In this document: positions 52,801 to 62,600 of the stretch, piece after piece | Layout: the number at the start of each line of letters is the position of its first letter | Numbering within the stretch: the first letter of the stretch is position 1 | Assembly: GCA_000934665.2 (NCBI GenBank) | Contig: KZ538009.1 | Location: 62,001 to 126,000 of the forward strand | DNA: 64,000 bases | Direction of reading: 5' to 3' | Origin: Catajapyx aquilonaris | Taxonomy: Eukaryota | Program-made: the position numbers and the translations under genes | Notes under the pieces: model-generated | What the model was told of the DNA's origin: nothing | What the model saw: only the letters and a program-made list of their open reading frames with translations | Database searches by the model: none

Positions 52801-55800
52801 ATCTCACCGAAACAGCCGTCATTAGCAGGATCTCCCCCCAAAAAATTAAGCTCCCAACCATTAACACCTACAACTATCCAATAAAGATTATCTTAATCGG
52901 AGCAATTTGTTACTCACAAAGGATTCCCTCCCCCCATGCTCTGTCACCACTCGTCAAGCAGATGACATTTTTTTGCGACATTCTCACATTTATGAACCGT
53001 TCGAGGCCTGAAAGTTCGCAAGTCCATCTTACCCATAATTTAGCAGGGGTGGCCAGTCTCCAATTTCACCGACTTTTTTTTTGCCAAGATTTCCATACGG
53101 ATCTTTGCTTTCAGGTCGGACAGGAATGTCATTCATATTCAATGACGCATTAGGATTTCATGCAGGAACAATGGGACTCCCTGTGTAAGCCCATGAAAAC
53201 TTCACAACTCGCACTGATGACATGAAAAAGTCTGCTGTTCTTCCCCAAAAAAAACTCCCAAGTTTTGTGTGTCTTCTGGACACGCATGCTGAATTCGCCT
53301 TGTTTATTTATTTGGAAGGACATGTCGTTTATAAAATGTGTCAGACATTTCGGCTACAAAATCTGCACCTTCAGGCATGCATTTGGCGATATTGTTAGTC
53401 CATGGCTATCACCGCTCGCACTTTCCGCTTAATTTAGCCAACTCATCAGTCCCAGTCCAGTCAGCTCGATTTTGACCCAACCCCTCCCAAAAAAAAACCG
53501 AGGCAGCCAGCTATACCAATTTTGGAGCTAAGCCCCCCTCACATTTCCCGCAACGCCTGGTCTGCATAAGCTTTATGTACAGAACTGCCTGCAATGTATT
53601 TGTGAATCTAGTCTCGTTCCTTGCAGTACCAGCACGTTTAGCAAATCTGCTGCACGCTGCGCCTTAACAATGCGGCCTACCAAATTGTGCATTTCTAACG
53701 CCCGAGAGCACACATCTCAGCCGGTTAGGATTTGCCCCGTGGACACTTTCTGCTGCGTCTAACAAGATTATTCTTTACGCAGCAGAAGGTTTAAGCCTTC
53801 CCGTTTCAATTATGTAACACCAGATAGTGCCCTGCAGTAATGAAGTGCCGACATCAATAATACATCAAAAGGAAGGCTTTTCTGCCAAATTTTTGCCACC
53901 AGTGGTGAGAATTGTTTCCAACCAGTATCCGGCATGAAGAAACAACACAACTCGATCCACGCAAGTGGTGTAAATCAGTGTCGCGAAGGTCCTTACGGCC
54001 GCATTACTGCGAGGCCCCAGCTGAAGTGTTGGTCGTCGTCTCCGTCGATGACAAGTGGTGCGCGAAGAAAGTGGGGCAGAAAAGTGAAACGACGGACAAG
54101 AATTATCGGGGCTGTTCAGATGGGATAGGCAATGGGGACGTTTCAATGCCTCAAAAGTGCAGCTGGATGCAGAAGAGGCTCGACCAGAAAACTTTTTTTT
54201 TTCTCTCTCTCTCTCTCTCGAACAAACGCCTCCATTATCCTCTAAATGACGCGGTTTGGGCCATTCCCCGAGGTTTCACTCTGCTGCCATCCAAATCCTT
54301 GCCTCTCTCATTCTTTCTCTTTTGCGCTTGGCTGCCTGTGGCTCACAGCCAGCCAGGCAAGCAGAAAGGCAGGCATGCACGGCAAGGAATGCCTAACCCC
54401 TAGGAATCAAACCCCCCACTACTATACCTTTGCCCCCTCCTACGACCTGCACAAGCTCCAATTGCTCAGGATGAGGTCGGGTTGCTAGCGTTCCTCCCAG
54501 GCCCCCCATTTCCACGCCCGGGATTGCCAAATCGCTGATCTAATGTACCGTGCCACCACCCACTCTCTTATACGAAGGCGAGAGAGAAATAGAGAGAAAA
54601 AAAAGTGAGATACTCGACACTGAGGCATGCTCAACAAGAGTAGTGTTAAATTTTACGGATCTCGTTGCACGGTTAAACTCGAGCCGGAATTTTTTTTAAC
54701 AAATTGTGTCGAATCGAAATTCTACTTAACCTGTTGCCAAAATTCGATATTAATCGACAAAAGGACGAATTTGACATTTTTGCTAAAATAGAATTAATGT
54801 TGTGATGGCAATGATGATTCAGAATATCTTTTAGAAACCCAGTTTGGCAATAATTGCTTATATTAATTATTATGTTTCTGGTGTACAACAATTTCAATGG
54901 GAGGTTGGAAATATTATGTCAGTTCATTTACCCTAATTTTCATTTGTAAGCTGAACTTCACACCTCACGCAATCTGAACGCACCTTTAATTTCGGCTGGG
55001 ATTGGACACATCCTGACTTTAATGATGTCGTTCCCACTTATCCGTTTTCCGCTCTCTCTAGATCACATCGTCCTGAATAGATTATCCTATTCAGATTGCG
55101 GCGTCCCTCACATTTAGCGGGGTACAGGGTTGTCTTCCATCCCACACCTTTTGACGAGATAGTCAACCTCTAAATTGACGTTTAAAAAAAACTTTCGCCA
55201 AAATTGTCAGGTTTCGAGAGAAGGTAACCGTTGGGGTTTAGGTGGCCGATTTTTCGATCTTCTCTCTTAGCCTGGCGAAAGAAGATTCTTCTCAAGGTAG
55301 AGAGAGGGGGGGGGGGGNAGGAGTGGAGAGGTAATTGGATTTCTCAAGGTGCTCTAATGGAAAAGGGGTCCTTAAAAGGGACGACCTGGGGAGTAAAAGA
55401 GTCAGCTCTTTCATGGGCTTTGGAGAGCAAAACCATCTCTTGGGGAGGTGGGGGAGGAAGAGGTAGAAGAGGAGGAGAAGAAAAAAAAAAACTTCTCGAC
55501 TTCGACTCATCATTTCCCGCCATTGCTAGTCTAACCCATCCCCCCCCCCCCCCAAAAAAAAAAATCCAAATTGGGTAAAAATTAGTTGAAAACTTCCAAT
55601 GGAATTGGACAAACTCACCCATTTTTTTAAACCCGGACCTACCTCTCTCTTTCTTTTCCAAACCTGGGCATGTCCGTTGACTTCAATTTATTACTGGATG
55701 AAAAAAGGATGGGGGTCTGAAGCCGAGAGAGAGAAATTTCGCGCGATACATAACAGGCAGGAGAGTCCACCTACTTATTTAAAAGCATGTATCTTGTCCT

Positions 55801-57129
55801 TTGCGCAATTGAATCTGTCTCGCGGCCTGATATACTCCCCGAGACGCTGCAGTCCATTGCAGTGTCGGTAATAAAAATACCCGTTTTCCAATTGGAGAAA
55901 AAGAACTCGCTACATAAATTATCCCTCAGAGCTATGCAAGTAGGCCAAACGCTTTATTTATGATGTTCAGGTCTTTTTTTTCGAATTCATGGCAGGCGGA
56001 AGTAATAAACTGGCAAGCAAGCCAGCGAGTTTAATATCAAAAGGCAAAGGTCTAAGTTTATTTGTACGTTTCACTTTAAAAAAAGCTAAAAAAAGCATTT
56101 TTCAAACTGTGATTGTAATATTACATAATTATATTGAAAGTAACCCGCCTTTTTCTGAAGCTTTCATTCGGTTAGTCGCTATGAAGCAGAGGCATCTAAA
56201 TATGCAAATGTGGCAAGAAATTTTTACATTTCGCTTCAACAAGCTCCTTCAATTCGTAAAGCAATACAAAATGGCAATATGGGAATGGAAAAAAACTCGG
56301 ATTTTAATAAGGTTTTAATCGGAAATGGCAGGCATTTTCCTGCTGCAGTTTGCATTGCCAAAAAACTGCTACCCCAAGGATATTTATAGATCAAGATTAC
56401 CGCTATGGCAAGCAATTTCAAACGCCCAATCTCGATTACTCCTGTGCTTTATAGCAGTGCATCAGCCTATGGATATTTCCTGCGCACAATTAAAAAAAAA
56501 TCTGTTCGATTTTGGAAACTTAAAAGAATATTCCAGCACTAATCCGAAGACTACACCAGCACAAATACGATGGCATTTGAAAAAAAGAAAGAATCAAAAA
56601 GAAGCACAAAAAAAATTGGGATCTTCCGCTTCAGCCATCTTTTTTCCCCCCCCCAGTCTCTTAAAAATTGCAGGTATTTTTTGAAAGCAGGCAATTGGGA
56701 GAGTCTCTGATTACGCTGCTTGAAGGAGTCCTTTCAGCAGGAGACCCTTTTTTACGCTCACTCTCGCAAACCATCTCAATTGATAAAATTTCCCCAGCGG
56801 TTACTGAATATTGGATGAAGAAGGAAATTTAGTTACTAGTTTCGAGAAACTTTTTTTTTCCGTCTCTCTCCATCGGTGCAAAGTGGGACGCGTCAGAAGC
56901 TGCATTGAAATACGCTCGTCGCTGTTTGCGACAATTAACATGACAATGTAGTTTATACTCTGGCTGTGAATAAGGTGACTCAAACGCACGTCGTTTTTGC
57001 TTGGTCAATTTGTCTCCACAGTAGTCATATTCCGGAATTGCACGTAATAAGAGTACTTGTGCAACGTAATGGCAAAGGCCGACACTGCGGATTCAAATTG
57101 ACATCACGCAGCGTGCTTTTTCTGTTAGG

Positions 57130-57245
57130 ACGATAACGCTATCTAATCAGTTCGCGATAAAAGCATTAGGAAAATGCACAAACATAGTCACAGTCTCATT
57201 GCTATAAGGCGGCTGTGTGGTGCACGTTATTACTTGTACCAGTGC
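57130..57245 (+). promoter_or_regulatory. Putative core promoter of the ANK-caspase gene
   Basis: Arthropod Inr-like TCAGTT at 57147-57152, TATAAG at 57203-57208 and GATAA motifs near 57132 and 57156, all within 200 nt of the ATG. Motif match only. Confidence 0.3.
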
Positions 57246-57311
57246 GGTTCAAGCTATTCCCGATGTAGGGGAACATCATGTGTCGGGTCCAGCAAGTCCG
57301 TATGCTGAGCA

Positions 57312-57817
57312 ATGGCCTCCTGCTTGGATTTGGATAAGGAAGACCTACACAATGCGTGTGCTGTTGGTAACTACAAGACTGTCCACCTGCTTCTGAAATC
57401 AGGAGCGGATGTCAATGTTCGCAATAGAGATTATGCGACCCCAATAATTACAGCAGCTCGTTCAGAAAGAGTCATGGTGTGCGAGATCCTGATTGACCCT
57501 GGAGCTCAAGTCAATGCTCAGGACAAGGAGGGAATGTCTGCTTTGCACGAAGCTGCTAAAAATGGAAGTGTTCAGATCTGCAAGTTTGTTATGGCCAAAG
57601 ATGGAGCGGAGGTGGACATTCGGACTAACCAATCTTGGACACCGCTACACTTTGCGGTCACGGAAGGTCACCTGGAGGCGGTCAAGTTCTTGTTGGATAA
57701 AGGAGCGGATGTTACTTCCAAAAATGGCAGTGGGAAAAATGCAGGGGGTCTGGCTATTTTGCATGATCGTGACACAGTACTTGATTATCTAATGGAGTGG
57801 AAGCCTAAAGATCAAAA
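57312..57817 (+). CDS. Exon 1 of ANK-caspase: entire ankyrin-repeat region
   Basis: LHNACAVGNYKTVHLLLKSGADVN, TPIITAA..GAQVNAQDKEG, SALHEAAKNG..GAEVD and TPLHFAVTEGHLEAVKFLLDKGADV match the ankyrin consensus. Donor AA|GTAGGT at 57818. Confidence 0.95.
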
Positions 57818-59354
57818 GTAGGTCATGAGTTATCTCTTCTAAAAATACATAAATAATTACAATTAATTTTTAAATTTGAATCGCCGAAAGCCTGTGATTC
57901 TAAAGACATCCCCACAATACAAGTCATGTAATATTCTCTAAGTTTACAAAGTTGGGATTGTCACAAAAAAATAGGCTTCACAAGTTACTGAATGTTAAAA
58001 GCTGTAGTTTACAGAATTAATAATGTACAGTACGTAAAAAGTAAACCTTCGTGAACTGTACAGGTATACGTTAGTCTATAGTATTTAAAAACAAATGGCA
58101 TGTTAGTAAAAGACTATCTCATATCATGATAATTTATTTCTTCCTCAGAGACACTGCCGTGACAGCAGAAGCAGTTCAACATCCACGTAGCCCTGCAGAT
58201 GATGTAGAGTAGCCGAAATTGCGCTAATTTTATCATTGCAAGTGGAACCTTAAAATATTCGTCCATTTCAGGAGGCTTATCGTATGCAGTCTACCCCAAA
58301 AGGATACGCCCTCGTTATAAACAATATCAAATACGATGATGATCATTTTACATACCGACATGGAGCTGATATTGATGGAAGAAATATAACTGCACTATTG
58401 CAGTCACTGGACTACGAAGTGCAATACCATCCAGATTGCACCAAACGCGTGGGTCACTCCTGACTCTTACGTATCAAAATACATCAAGTACTTGTACTGT
58501 ACCAACAGTAGGTTACAAACCATTTGTTTTTTCCTTACAGGAGATGAGGCTGAAAATTTGGGATTTTTCTCAAATGGACGATCACGCTAAAGTCGACTCA
58601 GCTATCATAGTGATAATGGGTCACGGTGACAAAGATGTGTTTTACTCAAGGGATGGCCTGCAGGTAGACGAATCCTGGATAGTTTGGTCATTTAACAACG
58701 AGCAGTGCCCACACCTGAGAGGGAAGCCAAAGGTGTTTTTCTTTGAGGCGTGCAGGTAGGTCCATGATCACTCCCATTTCCTGGCGATGTACTGATGCTT
58801 ACTTATTTGTACATTTTAAAGGGGATCGAAAATAGATCATGGTGTCTTCCCACTGGAAGAGGCAACAGATTCAGGGGTCGTTGGGACCACACCATCCCAT
58901 GTAGATTTGGACTACCTCATTTTGTCAGACATATATTTGGCTTGTTCAACCGTCCCAGGTGAGTGCGCGAACAAATCGTGAACTCCAAAGTAGCACAGTG
59001 CGCCTTTTTCCAACCAAGTTATACGAGTAATTTCGAATGTTTTAACAGGGTGCGTGTCCATTCGTAATCCAAGAGATGGATGTTTTTTTACGCAAGCTGT
59101 GTGTTCTGTTTTTAAGGAACTAGCACACAAAGAAGACATCGAAACCATGTTGAAAAAGGTATTGATTTTGTGCTTAAAATGTTAATTGAAAATTTTAAAA
59201 AGAGGGATGTTAAATTTAACTGGTTTTCCAGGTTATGCAGAGAGTTGCTGCCAAATCAACAACACTTGGACACAGGCAAACTGTAGCATGTCACAGCTAC
59301 GGATTTATGTACAGGTTTTACTTCAATTATTCATCACAGCAACACAAAGAATGA
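57312..59354 (+). CDS. Ankyrin-repeat/caspase fusion protein (440 aa, 7 coding exons): 4 full + 1 capping ANK repeats followed by a peptidase C14 caspase domain (Dronc/caspase-2-like)
   Basis: Manual splice model: join(57312..57817,58149..58203,58272..58448,58541..58755,58822..58958,59049..59158,59232..59354) = 1323 nt = 440 aa + TGA. All six introns are GT..AG (331, 68, 92, 66, 90, 73 nt) with phases 2,0,0,2,1,0 giving an uninterrupted frame. An in-frame TGA at 57306-57308 lies just before the ATG. Caspase motifs: YRM..PKGYALVINN, RHGADID, IMGHG (catalytic His), CPHLRGKPKVFFFEACRG (catalytic Cys), STVPGCVSIRN, GCFFTQ, RQT..RFYF. Confidence 0.93.
58149..58203 (+). CDS. Exon 2 of ANK-caspase: short linker (K)DTAVTAEAVQHPRSPADD
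   Basis: Acceptor tttcttcctcag at 58148 and donor GAT|GTAGAG at 58204. This exon reconciles the phase-2 end of exon 1 with the phase-0 start of exon 3. The donor is weak. Confidence 0.72.
58272..58448 (+). CDS. Exon 3 of ANK-caspase: start of p20 (EAYRMQSTPKGYALVINN...YRHGADID...DCTKR)
   Basis: Acceptor ccatttcag, donor CGC|GTGGGT. Contains caspase beta1 and the S1 arginine motif. Confidence 0.92.
58541..58755 (+). CDS. Exon 4 of ANK-caspase: catalytic His (MGHG) and Cys (EACR)
   Basis: Acceptor ttttttccttacag, donor AG|GTAGGT. GKPKVFFFEAC motif. Confidence 0.95.
58822..58958 (+). CDS. Exon 5 of ANK-caspase: intersubunit linker and start of p10
   Basis: Acceptor cattttaaag, donor CAG|GTGAGT. 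Reads (R)GSKIDHGVFPLEEATDSG...SDIYLACSTVP. Confidence 0.9.
59049..59158 (+). CDS. Exon 6 of ANK-caspase: p10 (GCVSIRNPRDGCFFTQAVCSVFKELAHKEDIETMLKK)
   Basis: Acceptor ttttaacag, donor AAG|GTATTG. Equivalent of the SWRN..GSWF motif. Confidence 0.92.
59232..59354 (+). CDS. Exon 7 (terminal) of ANK-caspase (VMQRVAAKSTTLGHRQTVACHSYGFMYRFYFNYSSQQHKE*)
   Basis: Acceptor ttttccag. Matches the caspase C-terminal Q...S...K/R.YF motif. TGA at 59352-59354. Confidence 0.9.
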   Translation, partial: VMQRVAAKSTTLGHRQTVACHSYGFMYRFYFNYSSQQHKE

Positions 59355-59616
59355 CAACCTTGAAGGGGTTCTAATCCATCACTGATGTATAGCGTCGTAT
59401 AACGTATTACAGTATGAGGTTGTGGATGTAATCACTATTGTTACATTAGTGTATACTGTGTGCTATTTCTTCCAAGACAATTATTATAAACACCCACATT
59501 TACATTTACAGAACTAAACTTCTCATGTTGCTGTACCATAAGCGATTTTTTTGTTTAGTAACTGTAACTATATGAAGGAGATTGAAAATTATCGTTTTAT
59601 TAGGCCGCCTGGAATG

Positions 59617-59622
59617 ATTAAA
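59617..59622 (+). terminator. Candidate polyadenylation signal ATTAAA of the ANK-caspase mRNA
   Basis: Variant hexamer about 260 nt after the stop. The 3' UTR also has ATTTA pentamers at 59498 and 59504. Confidence 0.3.
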
Positions 59623-62600
59623 ATCATAGTATGTGCATAGGATATTGCACCACCTGCACGCGAACTATACAAATTGAAAACCAGTATAACAGTCAATATC
59701 ATGAATCTAGTGAACCATACGAACAGTTCATGTTCTGCGCAAGTTTCATCCAAAAATATTTCCAGATCACAATTGGGCTAATTAGTCTAACAGAGTGCCA
59801 TTTGGCTAGGCCCAAAGAAGTGTGCCAGGTAGCACAAACTTAGCATTCCAGCCCGGCAGTCTCCCGGGACACCGTTGTCAAACAAGTTGTCAGACACGAC
59901 CACGATAATGCCATCCAGGCCTCCCGTCATGAGGAGTCAAAATTAGTGGAGTTTGGGAGCCTCCACTGAGTGTTTCATGAAGTTGCAGATAAGACAAATG
60001 CTGAGAAAGTTTGTCTGCCCTCCTCGGTGCCTCATTCAAACGAGGCGCGAGACCGAAGGGGTTATAAAGCATGCCGCGGAGTTTGTGAGCGGGGATTTTT
60101 TTTACGACTCCAAAAAAATCAGAGACGCAGCTACCAGCTAAAAAAAACACCATTATCCTCGGAGTCATAGCTGCAATTATTCCCAGACGAGGCCTACCGG
60201 TGAAAGCGGCAAAAAAAAAACCTCTCGCAATTTTGTTTCGCAGAGGAAGTTGTCTCGCACCTGAGTCGCAGGATTTACTCCACCCTGGAGATAAAGTAGG
60301 CGAGAAAAAAAACCCATCCTTGTGAGGAAAAAGATGGGGATGAATGGTCCCTTCCTTTTTGCCCCAGGATCGGAATCGAGCTGAGACAGTCTGTCTGGCT
60401 TATCTGGTGCTCCATAGCTCAGGCCTGAAGCCAGAAAAAGGAATTTCCTGCTGCTTCTGCAATTCCGGCCCCTGTGTGCAGCATCCCGCCGCTTCTTCTT
60501 CTTCTTCTTCTTCTACACAAACACCAAGCCCAGTAAATTACGATACGCCTAGAGCTGGGGAATACACGCTGTAGTGTTTAGTCTGGCAGGACCCAGGAGG
60601 AGTAATGAATGAAGCATCAACGCTCCAGTTTTACGCATTTCAAGGCACTTGGAATTTTATTTTTACTGCAGACCGCAGGTTGCTTTTTCGGGCCGAGTAT
60701 TACAAGGTTGGAGTGTGCAGTTTGTTGGCAATGAGGCGCTTTAATCCACGGTTCTCACCTACTTAAAGAGTATGAAGAGGCTTCCAATAAGAAGAGCGCA
60801 TGTCATTGGAATGCGGAACTAATGGTTTTTATACCTAAATCTTGCACATCCTGGTGGCTTTCTATATGTACACAAAGTCTGACCCCTAGTTCCCTCCGGC
60901 AGTGAGCTTCACAAAGCGAAATTCGCCTTTGATTCCGATGACTGTTTTAGTTTAAGTATTGAGCAAAGTGGCCTTGATCCTCCAGGTTTAGTGATGGGGA
61001 AATGGTTACAAATCAGTTCTCTGCCTGCTCTAAACCCTCCGGCTAGCTCCATCTGCACCCCACCCCTTCCAGACCTAAAAAAAAACTCTTCACTTTTTTT
61101 CCACCCCCAAAAACCGTCCGAGTGCTATATTTTCAGAACAAACTTCCCAACCTATCAATTTGAAATTTAATCCAGCAATACCGAGGCCCCCCTTTTCATC
61201 CGGTGTTTTCATTTCATTACTCCGCGAGGCCAAAGTGAGCAGACGTCTGCTGGAGCCTGGGTGTGAGGAAATTCCTGGGCTCAAAAACCTTGGTTGGAGA
61301 AAGTGGACTGGAACCCTTCCTCCAATAGGTGCTGCGGCTCACCTACACATAACTCCTAATGCATAAGCTTAGCCCTCTCTTGGCACCTTGCCCGGATAAA
61401 AAAAATACGGAGCCCAGAAATATGGTCTGGGGGTATGGGGGTAGCCCGCATACGCCCTCTGGATTTTTTTTATATAAAAGTGGGTTCGATATATGGCATT
61501 ATCCGTCTCTTTTCTCCATTTGGTTTGGTCGTACTCCGGAACCAAATCCCCCTCTACCAAAGAGCGTGCGAGAAGACCTTATTTCCTTCGCCGCTTGTTC
61601 CGTTCTATTTCATCTCCAATTCAAATCGGGCAGGACCTAGAAGCCAACAATGGCCACGTCAAAATGGGGTCCCCCCCCCCTCCCCCCAAAAAACTAGGGC
61701 TTTTATATATCGATTGTGCAATATCGATATAATTTCCGATGTCAGTGTTGGACCATCCCGCGGATTTCAGCAGTGTGTAAAGTGTAAACAAACATATTTT
61801 ACCAGGCCGGAAAATGATTGGTTGCGTAGAGTACCATGCGACAAGCTGTATCCAACTGTTGGGATTCCCGATTGTAATGAGATGCTTATTTTAATCTATC
61901 GGCAGCGTGCAGTTTGCAATTATCCGGCACACATGTCAGAGAGGGGGGGTAGGCCTAACATAATCCCGGAATTTTGCGCCGCGACTAATGCAGTTCGATT
62001 GGTTGAAGCGCATTAATCCGTCTGCTGGAGGGCACCATGCCAAATGCACTGCAATAATTATTATGACTTCTTTAAGTACTGCATTAAAATATATCGGTTT
62101 TCGTTGCGGTTGGTCTCGCTGCATTTTGTTGTACGTGGCTGTAAGCGGCATATCACTCGATTCCAATTCCGGATCTGTGTCGGACATGTATTGAAAACTT
62201 AAACGATCAAAAGGGAGTGCAAACATTATTTTACGGCATATTCACGCATCCGCTTAATGGATTGGTAAAAAAACGCGATTTTTTTATAACGTGGTAGGAA
62301 ACCGAAGAGAGAAAAAACATATGCGCTTGTTTTAAATGGTTGCCAAGCTCGTTTTAAAATTAGTGCATATAACTATATACCTTGCGTTGCTTACACCACG
62401 TAAAAAAACAAAGCTAAGAATTCAGCGAATCTCCACAGTAATCATACATGTCCTTTAAAACGTATCATAGCTCGAATTCTGATATAATTTTTATGGCCTT
62501 GGAATTACCACAAAGTTGACCTAATTTAAGTGAATCGCCAATCACCCTGCACAGTACATGTTCATGTGTTTACTTTTCCACTCGTGTTATAGTGTAGTGG

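Noticed and set aside
53912..54403. 163-aa + strand ORF
   Set aside because: TTG start, runs through T and CT microsatellites, and has no domain or splice support.
57312..57821. Stand-alone 169-aa ankyrin protein as given in the ORF track
   Set aside because: Its stop codon lies within a good donor (AA|GTAGGT), and splicing yields an in-frame fusion to caspase exons that have no other evident 5' exon. An intron-retained ANK-only isoform cannot be excluded.
58436..58540. N-terminal part of the 107-aa ORF (MHQTRGSLL...)
   Set aside because: Mostly read-through of intron 3. True coding in this frame starts at the acceptor at 58541.
61435..62016. 193-aa + strand ORF downstream of the caspase
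   Set aside because: No recognisable motif, crosses poly-C runs, and overlaps several equally unconvincing ORFs.
62279..62408. Weak inverted repeat TTTTTT..ACGTGGT / ACCACGTAAAAAAA
   Set aside because: Mostly homopolymer with only a 7-bp specific core.
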